A stretch of DNA of 32,000 bases, taken from Streptococcus rubneri. Lineage in GTDB: Bacteria; Bacillota; Bacilli; Lactobacillales; Streptococcaceae. Below, in pieces: positions 8,399 through 16,936 of the stretch. Location: contig NZ_SRRP01000001.1 in NCBI RefSeq assembly GCF_004785935.1, forward strand, positions 1,504,753 through 1,536,752. The letters run 5' to 3'. The notes beneath the pieces were generated by a model that was given only the letters and a program-made list of their open reading frames with translations, did no database searches and was not told the DNA's origin. The stretch's first letter is position 1, and every line of letters begins with the position of its first letter. Made by a program: the position numbers and the translations under genes.

Positions 8399-8431
8399 AG
8401 TATAAACCACAGGACTTAAAGTAATCTTAAG
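8399..8431 (-). promoter_or_regulatory. CiaR-dependent promoter (direct-repeat CiaR box + -10)
   Basis: On the minus strand, CTTAAG-attac-TTTAAG (8431..8415), exactly 10 nt (tcctgtggtt), then -10 TATACT (8404..8399), with no -35. The published CiaR site is TTTAAG-N5-TTTAAG located 10 bp upstream of the -10. Confidence 0.75.
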
Positions 8432-8432
8432 A

Positions 8433-8464
8433 AGAAAAAAGTTGAGAGAGAACTCCCAACTTTT
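8433..8464 (-). terminator. Rho-independent terminator of purA
   Basis: The minus strand reads AAGTTGGGAG-ttct-CTCTCAACTT followed by TTTTCTTCTT, 7 nt after the purA stop. Confidence 0.8.
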
Positions 8465-8470
8465 ATTTGA

Positions 8471-9772
<1,302 letters not shown>

Positions 9773-9855
9773 TCATATACCATAGATAGTTGCCTATCTA
9801 TGCCTTTCTTCAAACTAAGGGCAGGAGTCTCACCTGCAAGTTTGTCTTACACTCT

Positions 9856-9884
9856 ATTATAAGAAATTTCCTCGTTTTTTTCAA
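9856..9884 (-). promoter_or_regulatory. Candidate sigma-A promoter of purA (TTGAAA-17-TATAAT)
   Basis: On the minus strand, TTGAAA (9884..9879), a 17-nt spacer, then TATAAT (9861..9856). This leaves a ~85-nt leader. Confidence 0.55.
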
Positions 9885-10102
9885 GGTTGGCTATTTCTTT
9901 GCTTGGTTTTTTACCCTTAAAATCCGCTTCTCATTTTCCGAACATCCATCTTTTGATCGTCATTTTTAACGTTAAAGAATGATTGTTCGTCTTTTGCCTT
10001 CTTTACTTCCTAAAACAGATCCTATTCTATTCAGTTTCTAAGCGAAGCTCTCCCCTGAAAGATTTTATCCCTTCACCGTCTAAATAAATCAAGTTACTCC
10101 CT

Positions 10103-10131
10103 TCACCTCTTTTCCTTTTTTATGCTAAAAT
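10103..10131 (+). promoter_or_regulatory. Candidate extended -10 promoter of hslO (TTCACC-17-[TGc]TAAAAT)
   Basis: TGcTAAAAT lies at 10123-10131 and -35 TTCACC at 10103-10108. Only 7 nt (agaagct) separate the -10 from the ATG at 10139, and no SD is present. Confidence 0.45.
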
Positions 10132-10138
10132 AGAAGCT

Positions 10139-11011
10139 ATGGACAAAATTATTAAAACTATCTCAGAAAGTGGCTCCTTCCGTGCCTTTGTACTAGACAG
10201 TACTGAGACCGTGCGAGCAGCCCAAGAATACCATCAAACACAAGCAAGCTCAACAGTGGCCCTCGGTCGAACCCTCATCGCTAGTCAAATTCTGGCAGCC
10301 AACGAAAAGGGAAACACCAAGATGACGGTGAAAATCCTCGGTACTAGCTCACTGGGTGCTATTATCACTGTGGCAGATACACAAGGAAACGTCAAAGGCT
10401 ACGTGCAAAATCCTGGTGTGGATATCAAGAAAACAGCGACCGGTGAAGTTGTGGTCGGACCATTTGTCGGAAATGGGGAATTCTTAGTGATTACCGACTA
10501 TGGCACAGGCAATCCTTACCACTCCATGACGCCCCTGGTCACTGGAGAAATCGGTGAAGACCTGGCTTATTACTTGACTGAAAGCCAACAAACCCCATCT
10601 GCAGTTGGACTCAATGTCCTACTTGATGAAGAAGACAAGGTCAAGGTTGCGGGTGGTTTCTTGGTCCAGGTCTTGCCAAATGCCAAGGAAGAAGAAATTG
10701 TCCGCTTCGAAAAACGGATCCAAGAAATGCCAGCCATTTCTACTCTTTTAGCCTCTGACGACCATATTGAATCCCTTCTTGCTGCCATCTATGGCGAAGA
10801 GCCATACAAACGTCTCTCTGAAGATGAACTTCGTTTCCAATGCGACTGTAGCAAGGAACGCTTCATGGATGCCCTGGCTAGCTTACCAGTCAAAGACCTT
10901 CAAGAAATGAAGGACGAAGACCATGGCGCTGAAATTACTTGCCAATTCTGTCAGACAACGTACCACTTTGATGAAAACGACTTGGAGGAACTCATTCGTG
11001 ACAAATCTTAA
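10139..11011 (+). CDS. hslO: Redox-regulated chaperone Hsp33
   Basis: 290-aa ORF. The C-terminal zinc/redox switch cysteines are in the canonical arrangement: [11 protein letters not shown] ... [12 protein letters not shown]. Confidence 0.93.
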   Translation: MDKIIKTISESGSFRAFVLDSTETVRAAQEYHQTQASSTVALGRTLIASQILAANEKGNTKMTVKILGTSSLGAIITVADTQGNVKGYVQNPGVDIKKTATGEVVVGPFVGNGEFLVITDYGTGNPYHSMTPLVTGEIGEDLAYYLTESQQTPSAVGLNVLLDEEDKVKVAGGFLVQVLPNAKEEEIVRFEKRIQEMPAISTLLASDDHIESLLAAIYGEEPYKRLSEDELRFQCDCSKERFMDALASLPVKDLQEMKDEDHGAEITCQFCQTTYHFDENDLEELIRDKS

Positions 11012-11978
11012 TACACCTTTTATGATTGGGAACGTCGAGATCCCAAACCGGACGGTCCTAGCACCTATGGCCGGAGTGACCAACTCAGCTTTCCGGACGA
11101 TTGCGAAAGAACTCGGAGCAGGGCTTGTGGTCATGGAAATGGTCTCTGACAAAGGGATCCAATACAACAACGAAAAGACCCTGCATATGCTCCATATCGA
11201 TGAGGGAGAAAATCCTGTATCGATCCAGCTCTTTGGTAGCGATGAAGATAGCTTAGCACGCGCGGCAGAATTCATCCAAGAAAACACCAAGACCGATATC
11301 GTGGATATCAACATGGGCTGCCCAGTCAATAAAATCGTGAAAAATGAAGCGGGTGCTATGTGGCTCAAAGACCCAGACAAGATCTACTCCATTATCAATA
11401 AGGTTCAGTCTGTCCTTGATATCCCCCTCACTGTTAAAATGCGGACAGGTTGGTCAGACCCTTCTCTAGCAGTTGAGAATGCCCTCGCAGCTGAAGCCGC
11501 AGGTGTCTCTGCCCTTGCCATGCATGGACGGACTCGGGAACAAATGTATACGGGGCATGCGGATCTTGAGACCCTTCACAAGGTTGCGCAAGCTCTGACC
11601 AAGATTCCATTTATTGCAAACGGAGACATCCGTACGGTTCAAGAAGCGAAACAACGCATCGAAGAAGTCGGTGCCGACGCGGTCATGATTGGCCGTGCCG
11701 CTATGGGCAATCCTTACCTCTTCAATCAAATCAATCATTACTTTGAAACAGGAGAGATCCTGCCTGATTTAACCTTCGAAGACAAGATGAAGATTGCTTA
11801 TGAGCATCTGAAACGCTTGATTGATCTCAAGGGCGAGCACATTGCCGTCCGCGAATTCCGTGGACTGGCCCCTCACTACCTCCGTGGAACATCTGGCGCT
11901 GCCAAACTACGCGGAGCCATTTCGCAAGCAAATAGCCTAGCTGAAATTGAAGAACTCTTACAAATTGAAAAATCTTAA
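10998..11978 (+). CDS. dus: tRNA-dihydrouridine synthase (DusB/NifR3 family)
   Basis: TIM-barrel Dus motifs are [13 protein letters not shown] and [13 protein letters not shown] (catalytic Cys). The ORF-track ATG at 10923 would overlap hslO by 89 nt. I prefer in-frame GTG 10998, with GGAGGA 7 nt upstream, giving [26 protein letters not shown] (326 aa) and a 14-nt overlap with hslO. Confidence 0.9.
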   Translation: MTNLNTPFMIGNVEIPNRTVLAPMAGVTNSAFRTIAKELGAGLVVMEMVSDKGIQYNNEKTLHMLHIDEGENPVSIQLFGSDEDSLARAAEFIQENTKTDIVDINMGCPVNKIVKNEAGAMWLKDPDKIYSIINKVQSVLDIPLTVKMRTGWSDPSLAVENALAAEAAGVSALAMHGRTREQMYTGHADLETLHKVAQALTKIPFIANGDIRTVQEAKQRIEEVGADAVMIGRAAMGNPYLFNQINHYFETGEILPDLTFEDKMKIAYEHLKRLIDLKGEHIAVREFRGLAPHYLRGTSGAAKLRGAISQANSLAEIEELLQIEKS

Positions 11979-11985
11979 TGACAAA

Positions 11986-12010
11986 AACAGCATCGACATT
12001 GATGCTGTTT
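11986..12010 (+). terminator. Hairpin/terminator after dus (copy 1 of duplicated hairpin)
   Basis: aaCAGCATC-gacatt-GATGCTGttt lies 8 nt after the dus stop. The T-run is short (TTT then AAAAT). Confidence 0.5.
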
Positions 12011-12258
12011 AAAATATATACAACTTATTTTTAACATAAACTAGCTAGCTGGTTTTTCAAAAAACTGACTTAAATTTTTTGAGTCAGTTAAGTAAATCTA
12101 AAACTTTCCGCTGTGAGAAAAGTGCCTGAAACAATTGTGTTTCAGGCACTCGGAATTATTGAGACCTTAGGCTCAATGATTAGTCATGGAACTTTGAAGA
12201 AGTTCGCTGACGTCCGTTCTCACTTAAGGAAAGTTTTTAGAAGAACTTAACTCCATCT
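12011..12258. repeat. BOX-like structured repeat element
   Basis: Non-coding. Hairpins are AACTGAC...GTCAGTT (12063-12089), the perfect 12-bp GTGCCTGAAACA-attg-TGTTTCAGGCAC (12122-12149), and ATTGAG...CTCAAT. The end ttcGCTGACGTccgTTctcacttaagGAaagTTTTtaGAAGAac resembles pneumococcal boxC (..GCTGACGTGGTTTGAAGAGATTTTCGAAGAG..) from memory. It shares the modules cagttaag..taaaac..gctg and cgtccgtt..cact(t)aagg with 7200-7610. Confidence 0.55.
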
Positions 12259-12286
12259 GACAGCATCAACTTTGATGCTGTTTTTT
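12259..12286 (+). terminator. Rho-independent terminator (copy 2 of duplicated hairpin)
   Basis: gaCAGCATC-aacttt-GATGCTG followed by TTTTTT. The T-run is on the plus strand only, and the hairpin lies 5 nt from the stop of the convergent Nudix gene. Confidence 0.6.
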
Positions 12287-12291
12287 GTCTA

Positions 12292-13089
12292 TTATTCTTC
12301 CTCTTGAGCTTCGCTTTCTTTCCAGCGATAGGTCTTGCGTGGTTTTTTCTTAGGCACCCGCTTGACTCCTACCTCTTCAACATAGGAACCGTAGGTCACA
12401 AGGAAATTATTGGTCAAAATTTCTTTATCTGGATGGATCAGATTCACCAACTCGGTTGCTTCGTATACGGTGAAAGGCTCTTCTAGGAGATGGAGGAATG
12501 TTGGATTCCAGGCCAAGCGCCCTTGGATCCGCTTGATGGATTCTTGGACAATCTCATAGTGGTCAAAGGCAAAATCTTCAGCCGTCAAGACACGTCCGTC
12601 TAGGGAACATTCCCCATGTTTGAAGTCCACATCGAGAAAGAGAACTTCTTTGGCATCATCTCCAGCTCGGACCATATCTACTGCTACAGCTGGCAAATAA
12701 ACCAAGTGAGCAATGGTAATGACCCAACCCCGAGGGTCCCGACCAGGAGTAGAGACTGTCATTAGTTGCTCTACCTTTTGAGGGGTCAATTCTAGTCCAA
12801 CTTCTTCCTGGACTTCACGGATACAAGCCTGGATAGCATCTTCATGCTTTTGCAAGAATCCTCCAACCAAGGCCACCCGATGCTGACAAGGATGCGTTTT
12901 CCGACGAATCACTAAGAGTTTTAGGCGCCCCTCCACAAAGCAGTAGGCCACCATATCTGCTGTCACACTTGGATTTTCATAGGTAGGTTGATCCTGCTCC
13001 TTGTACCAGCGGAGAAATTCTTCCTCGCTGACGATCGTTTCGTAGTATTCCTTTTCGTTCATTCCTTCCGGAATGCTTGTTGCTATCAT
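12292..13089 (-). CDS. nrtR: Nudix hydrolase with C-terminal winged-helix-like domain (NrtR-type ADP-ribose-responsive regulator candidate)
   Basis: 265-aa ORF whose ATG 13089 abuts the pnuC stop (TAAATG). The Nudix box is intact: GGFLQKHEDAIQACIREVQEEVGL fits GX5EX7REUXEEXGU. The C-terminal ~90 aa (FAFDHYEIVQESIKRIQGRL...PFTVYEATELVNLI...NNFLV) has the pattern of NrtR DNA-binding domains. It is the last gene of the nadR-pnuC operon. The symbol is assigned by family and context only. Confidence 0.7.
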   Translation of the reverse strand: MIATSIPEGMNEKEYYETIVSEEEFLRWYKEQDQPTYENPSVTADMVAYCFVEGRLKLLVIRRKTHPCQHRVALVGGFLQKHEDAIQACIREVQEEVGLELTPQKVEQLMTVSTPGRDPRGWVITIAHLVYLPAVAVDMVRAGDDAKEVLFLDVDFKHGECSLDGRVLTAEDFAFDHYEIVQESIKRIQGRLAWNPTFLHLLEEPFTVYEATELVNLIHPDKEILTNNFLVTYGSYVEEVGVKRVPKKKPRKTYRWKESEAQEEE

Positions 13090-13872
13090 TTAAGCAACCT
13101 CCTTTTTCACAGCTTTGCTCCATTGGTACCAACCAACCAAACTATTAAGAGTATAGACCCAATACATTCCCTGAATATGGATGCTTTCTCCCCACCAGAG
13201 GTAGATACTGAAGAGGTTGGTCGCAATCCAGAAAATCCACTGTTCGCGATAGAGACCGGTCATGAGAAGTTGGCCGACTCCATTGGTCGCATCTGTCACA
13301 CTATCCCGGAAAGGTCGGGCGCTGTGGATGCTTTTATAGGCATAGCCCATCCCGATCCAAATGAGAGCGGTTAGGACCAGATACTTGATCCATTCCATTA
13401 AGGTTAATTTCTTGGCCTCAAAGTGAGATTCTTCTGCATCCCCCTGATCATTGATCCGATTCGACAACCAGACATAGAGACCAATTGGTTGCATCACGAA
13501 GAAGTACAGAGTCGTCAGAACTTCTCCATAGAAGTTTTTGTTCAAGGCTAGGACGAGGTAAATTGCTGAGTTTACTGCTCCAAAGAGATAGTTACTAGCC
13601 CGACCTTCTGCTACTAGTATAACACAAACGATTCCTGTCCAGGAGGCAAAGAGCCCTAACCAATCGTGACTTGCTTCCTGATTGGTAAACTCTAGGACAA
13701 AGGGCACGCTAGATAAAGCAAGCAAATAGAGCCATTGTGTCAAAGTGCGACCAGCGAATAGGTCTTTCCAAAGGAGTTTCATAATCCCTACGAAGCCAAG
13801 TTTGCCAGCTTCTCGATGAACATTTTTTAAATGCTCCCCAAATGTTTGAATTTTTTCTTGTAGTCGTTTCAT
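13090..13872 (-). CDS. pnuC: Nicotinamide riboside transporter PnuC
   Basis: 260-aa polytopic membrane protein (~7-8 hydrophobic helices) with a Trp-rich PnuC-like C-terminal signature, FSIYLWWGESIHIQGMYWVYTLNSLVGWYQW. It is sandwiched between nadR and the Nudix regulator. Confidence 0.85.
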   Translation of the reverse strand: MKRLQEKIQTFGEHLKNVHREAGKLGFVGIMKLLWKDLFAGRTLTQWLYLLALSSVPFVLEFTNQEASHDWLGLFASWTGIVCVILVAEGRASNYLFGAVNSAIYLVLALNKNFYGEVLTTLYFFVMQPIGLYVWLSNRINDQGDAEESHFEAKKLTLMEWIKYLVLTALIWIGMGYAYKSIHSARPFRDSVTDATNGVGQLLMTGLYREQWIFWIATNLFSIYLWWGESIHIQGMYWVYTLNSLVGWYQWSKAVKKEVA

Positions 13873-13884
13873 GCTGCTTCTCCT

Positions 13885-14943
13885 TTAATCAGCTTGATAA
13901 ATCGTATCGATGACACGCTTCGCTTCTTCGTAATTCCCCAAGTAGTCTTGCCCGAGATAAGCTGTTGGAATATCTGAGAGGTATTGGTGGCGGAGCTGAT
14001 CCAGGTGATTTGAAAAACTGTTACGAATTTCGTCATCTGCCATGGTCATATCACGGAAGCCATCATTGACATAGGATCCAATCGGTTGAACAAATAAGAT
14101 CAAGTCCCATTTTTCCTTAGCTAAGATACTGACAAATAGATTGTCAAAGGTATCCGTCATACTGGTCTCTGGGCCTTCTACCTCCATATAGTAGTCGTAA
14201 TAGCCCTTCGTTACCAGAGAGTTGGTATCCGCAATGACCAGGCCTCGATTGGCACTACTATCAATCAATTTAGAGGTTTGATCGTATTGCCCCAACAAGA
14301 GGTAATAATAATCTTTGGGTGTCAGTTCATCATCCCTCACATTATTTTTAATCTGGTACTCACGAGCATATTCTAAGCTCACTGGTGCATCATAGAAGCG
14401 GGCCAAATCTTTTGCCAAGGTCGTTTTCCCATTGCTAGCACTCCCCATGATGAGGACTTTCTTCGTGAACTGACGGCGGAAGGGTTGGGCAATGTATTTC
14501 CAATACTTGCTCGGGTTCTCTCTGATGAGGGTCCCTGAAATGCCAAACTGACGTTCTTGTAGGTGAGCTTGAAATCCTCTGGCTTCAAGCTCCTCTTGAT
14601 ACGTTTTTTCTCCAACAAAGAAGATGAGTTCTTCTCTGGCTTCATTATATTGGATTGTTTCAAGAGCTGTCTTTAACCAAGGTTCCCATCCCAAGGGATA
14701 GCGAGGAAGTTCTGTCTCATCGAGTTTATAAATCTGAGTGAGTTCATCATTTGAAAAACCTTCTCGAATATAGCGAAAACGTTTTTGCAAAGGAAGGCCA
14801 ACTTCTTCTCCTCGGTCACCTTTGTAACCAGAGACAATCACACAAACGCGGTCACATTGGCGTTTTGCCCGTTGAATTAAATCAATATGCCCTTGATGAA
14901 GGGGGGCAAACGTTCCAAATACCACTGCCACTCTTTCTTTCAT
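13885..14943 (-). CDS. nadR: Bifunctional NMN adenylyltransferase / ribosylnicotinamide kinase (NadR type, no N-terminal HTH)
   Basis: 352-aa ORF with ATG at 14943 and AAGGAG SD. The nucleotidyltransferase motif is VVFGTFAPLHQGHIDLI (HxGH) at the extreme N-terminus. A Walker A motif, GSASNGKTTLAKDL, opens the C-terminal kinase domain. Confidence 0.88.
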   Translation of the reverse strand: MKERVAVVFGTFAPLHQGHIDLIQRAKRQCDRVCVIVSGYKGDRGEEVGLPLQKRFRYIREGFSNDELTQIYKLDETELPRYPLGWEPWLKTALETIQYNEAREELIFFVGEKTYQEELEARGFQAHLQERQFGISGTLIRENPSKYWKYIAQPFRRQFTKKVLIMGSASNGKTTLAKDLARFYDAPVSLEYAREYQIKNNVRDDELTPKDYYYLLLGQYDQTSKLIDSSANRGLVIADTNSLVTKGYYDYYMEVEGPETSMTDTFDNLFVSILAKEKWDLILFVQPIGSYVNDGFRDMTMADDEIRNSFSNHLDQLRHQYLSDIPTAYLGQDYLGNYEEAKRVIDTIYQAD

Positions 14944-14958
14944 CTAACTGGCTCCTTT

Positions 14959-14990
14959 ATCATAATGTCAAAACATGTTTTACTTATGAT
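14959..14990. promoter_or_regulatory. Imperfect 32-bp palindrome at the nadR transcription start (candidate NrtR operator or 5' RNA hairpin)
   Basis: ATCATAAtGTcAAAACATGTTTTaCTTATGAT. The arms ATCATAA/TTATGAT and AAAAC/GTTTT are centred on ACATGT. It lies between the -10 (14994-14999) and the SD. Confidence 0.45.
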
Positions 14991-14993
14991 TTT

Positions 14994-15022
14994 ATTATAA
15001 ACTATAATTTCAATCTGTCAAT
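14994..15022 (-). promoter_or_regulatory. Near-consensus sigma-A promoter of nadR-pnuC-nrtR (TTGACA-17-TATAAT)
   Basis: On the minus strand, TTGACA (15022..15017), a 17-nt spacer, then TATAAT (14999..14994). Confidence 0.7.
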
Positions 15023-15057
15023 ACCTTTTTATAAAAAAATATAATTTTATAAAACAA

Positions 15058-15104
15058 AAATTAAAAAGATTCAACTCTGTATGTTATTATACAGAATTGA
15101 ATCT
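15058..15104 (-). terminator. Rho-independent terminator of the lipoprotein gene
   Basis: The minus strand reads AGATTCAATTCTGTAT-aataac-ATACAGAGTTGAATCT (16-bp stem, one mismatch) followed by TTTTTAATTTTT, ~40 nt after the stop at 15146. Confidence 0.8.
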
Positions 15105-15145
15105 CTGATTTCAATCATTTTTTTAATTTTCTCAGTGACGAGCTA

Positions 15146-15889
15146 TTATTCCCGAAGCAAGGCATGCACATGGCCATTTTCTGTCACTTGAACACTTGCC
15201 AGTTGTCCATCTTGACCAACGACTATATCCAAGCTAGCTGCAGATCCATCTTGGGCGGAAATCAAGCCAGCATGATAATGACCTTGATCCAAGTTGTATT
15301 CATAGCTTCCAATCGTATAGCCCACTGCATCGCCACCTGGAGTTTGTATGGTCACTTGGCCTCCTTGCCCGATCGTTACACCTGTATCGCGACCGTCGGT
15401 CCAACTACCTATTGCTCCAGAATAATCCCCTGAGGCATAAGTTAATACACCTTTATAGCGTGGGTTCTCTGTCTTAGAGGCTTGCTCTTTTGCAGTCGTG
15501 CGACCTTCCTCCAAGCTAGGTAGTTTTGGTTTTTCAGGTGCTGGGGTCACTGCTGGATGTGTTTCTTTGGAAGGAGTTGGGGCCAGGCCTTGACTGACTT
15601 CTGGAACTCTTGGTGTCACCGGAGTTGACGGAGTCTCTTGGCTCGCTTGTGTTTCACTCGAAGCGATGGCAGGAGTTTTTGCCACTTCTGCGCTTTGTTG
15701 GCTTTGTGTGGTTTTGCCTGTAGCCTTTTTCTCTTCTTTTTTACTCGTAGAGCTTTGTTTCACTTGCTCAATTTTACTAGTTGAAGATGGACTGGTTTCC
15801 TTTTTCTTTTCTGATCCACAGGCGCTTAATAAAAGAGCAGCGGTTAAAGCAAGGGTTGATAGACTAAAGAGGATTCCTTTCGTTTTCAT
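15146..15889 (-). CDS. Hypothetical lipoprotein with S/T/P/Q-rich linker
   Basis: The ORF-track start 15895 is GTG. I prefer ATG 15889 (MKTKGILFSLSTLALTAALLLSACGSEKK), with GAGG 7 nt upstream. The lipobox is LLSAC. About 120 aa of low-complexity linker (SSTSK, TPxxP) precede a ~110-aa Gly/Thr-rich C-terminal domain with HYH and GHVH. No family recognised. Confidence 0.75.
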   Translation of the reverse strand: MKTKGILFSLSTLALTAALLLSACGSEKKKETSPSSTSKIEQVKQSSTSKKEEKKATGKTTQSQQSAEVAKTPAIASSETQASQETPSTPVTPRVPEVSQGLAPTPSKETHPAVTPAPEKPKLPSLEEGRTTAKEQASKTENPRYKGVLTYASGDYSGAIGSWTDGRDTGVTIGQGGQVTIQTPGGDAVGYTIGSYEYNLDQGHYHAGLISAQDGSAASLDIVVGQDGQLASVQVTENGHVHALLRE

Positions 15890-15913
15890 GATCACACCTC
15901 GTGTTTGTAATAT

Positions 15914-15943
15914 TTGTTACATTTTGTAATATAATTGTAACAA
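15914..15943. promoter_or_regulatory. Inverted repeat TTGTTACA-N14-TGTAACAA upstream of the lipoprotein gene (candidate operator)
   Basis: Perfect 8-bp arms at 15914-15921 and 15936-15943, 25-55 nt upstream of the ATG. The region also holds the direct repeat ttgtaatat (x2). I could not assign a regulator. Confidence 0.3.
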
Positions 15944-16002
15944 TAATCTATGAGTAAGTCAAGTGAATTTTCTATCCATCTCCCAAAATAGAAACTAGTT
16001 TC

Positions 16003-16050
16003 AAAAAAAGAGTGAACTCCTGGAGAGTCCTCCAATCATTCACTCTTTTT
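16003..16050 (-). terminator. Rho-independent (bidirectional-looking) terminator ending the ctsR-clpC-...-DUF4430 transcription unit
   Basis: The minus strand reads AGAGTGAA-[tgatTGGAGgactCTCCAggag]-TTCACTCT followed by TTTTTTT, starting 2 nt after the stop at 16052. T-runs flank it on both strands. Confidence 0.75.
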
Positions 16051-16051
16051 C

Positions 16052-16456
16052 TTATTGATAGACTTCTTGATAAAATTCGATGGTATCTCCATCTTGGACA
16101 GTCGTTTCTGCTGCCCCTTTTGGTGCCATCTCTCCATTGATCTTGTACATCCAATAGAGCCCCTTGCTTTCATCCTGGGCTACGCCATCGATCGAGGTGA
16201 TGAGTCCACTCTTCTCCTCAATTTTGTAGTTAGCTTTCAGGACTTCCATCAGGTTAGATTTTTCTGCAACCTTTAAGGTCTTGCTTTGAGCTTCTTGACC
16301 TTCAGGGGCGATACTGACCGTAATGGTAATTTGTTTTTCTTTAGCTACTTGTGAGCTAGAAGCTGAGTTTTCCGTGGTCGATGGTGTGCTTTGTCCGCAA
16401 CTGACCAATACAAGAGCCGTTAGGACAGCAAACAAGCTATAAAGTGTTTTTTTCAT
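16052..16456 (-). CDS. DUF4430-like lipoprotein (transcobalamin-beta-domain-like ligand-binding protein)
   Basis: 134-aa ORF with ATG at 16456 and AGGAG SD 8 nt upstream. The signal peptide with lipobox is LVLVSCGQS. The mature part, ITITVSIAPEG...KSNLMEVLKANYKIEEKSGLITSIDGVAQDESKGLYWMYKINGEMAPKGAAETTVQDGDTIEFY, fits my memory of DUF4430. The family call is not search-verified. Confidence 0.7.
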   Translation of the reverse strand: MKKTLYSLFAVLTALVLVSCGQSTPSTTENSASSSQVAKEKQITITVSIAPEGQEAQSKTLKVAEKSNLMEVLKANYKIEEKSGLITSIDGVAQDESKGLYWMYKINGEMAPKGAAETTVQDGDTIEFYQEVYQ

Positions 16457-16925
16457 GATACAATCTCCTAAATACTACATAAAGTAGAGGGTAAAAACAG
16501 GCGGTGGAAAAGGCATGGGCCAGGTTAAAGCTAAAGCCATTCACCAGGGCATAGGTCCACCAGGGCATATGATAGAGGACAGCATAAAGACTGTCAATCA
16601 CTATCCCGTAAAGAAAGGATAAAATGCCGACCACTAGAGTCTGGACTTGCAAAGACAAGTGGCGGTAAAGTCCCCGCCAAAGAGTCAAGAGGAGGCTAAA
16701 GGCCAGTATCTGAGCGAGCACCACTGGGCTCATCCCCAAGAGAAAAGCCGAGGTAAACATGGTGACCGCCATCGCCAAACAGGCAAATTGCCAGTCTTCA
16801 AATAGCACCAGTAAAAAGAAAATGGCACTAATGGGTTGGACATTGGGCAAGAAGGCAAAGGCTTGTCTCAGCACCACACAGAGGGCTGCTAAGAGGGTGA
16901 TTCGGGTCAAGCGTTTGAGAGGCAC
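16437..16925 (-). CDS. Small polytopic membrane protein, ECF-transporter S-component-like
   Basis: 162 aa with a GTG start at 16925 and AGGAGG 7 nt upstream, overlapping the clpC stop codon. About 5-6 hydrophobic helices. It overlaps the DUF4430-like gene by 20 nt. Pairing of such S-component-like genes with DUF4430 genes is a recurrent Firmicute arrangement. No ECF A/T genes are in the window. Confidence 0.55.
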   Translation of the reverse strand: MPLKRLTRITLLAALCVVLRQAFAFLPNVQPISAIFFLLVLFEDWQFACLAMAVTMFTSAFLLGMSPVVLAQILAFSLLLTLWRGLYRHLSLQVQTLVVGILSFLYGIVIDSLYAVLYHMPWWTYALVNGFSFNLAHAFSTACFYPLLYVVFRRLYHEKNTL

Positions 16926-16936
16926 TGCATATCCTC

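Noticed and set aside
9936-10003. PurBox-like motifs tttTCCGAACatc (9934-9946) and attGTTCGtctttt (9982-9995) in inverted orientation upstream of purA.
   Set aside because: The cores are 41 nt apart rather than the 16-17 nt of B. subtilis-type PurR sites, and the second box has GACGAAC rather than CCGAAC. A single L. lactis-type activating PurBox remains possible but is not supportable from sequence alone.
10883-11380. 165-aa minus-strand ORF.
   Set aside because: It is antisense to the hslO 3' end and the dus 5' end, both of which are strongly supported. It has no SD or promoter.
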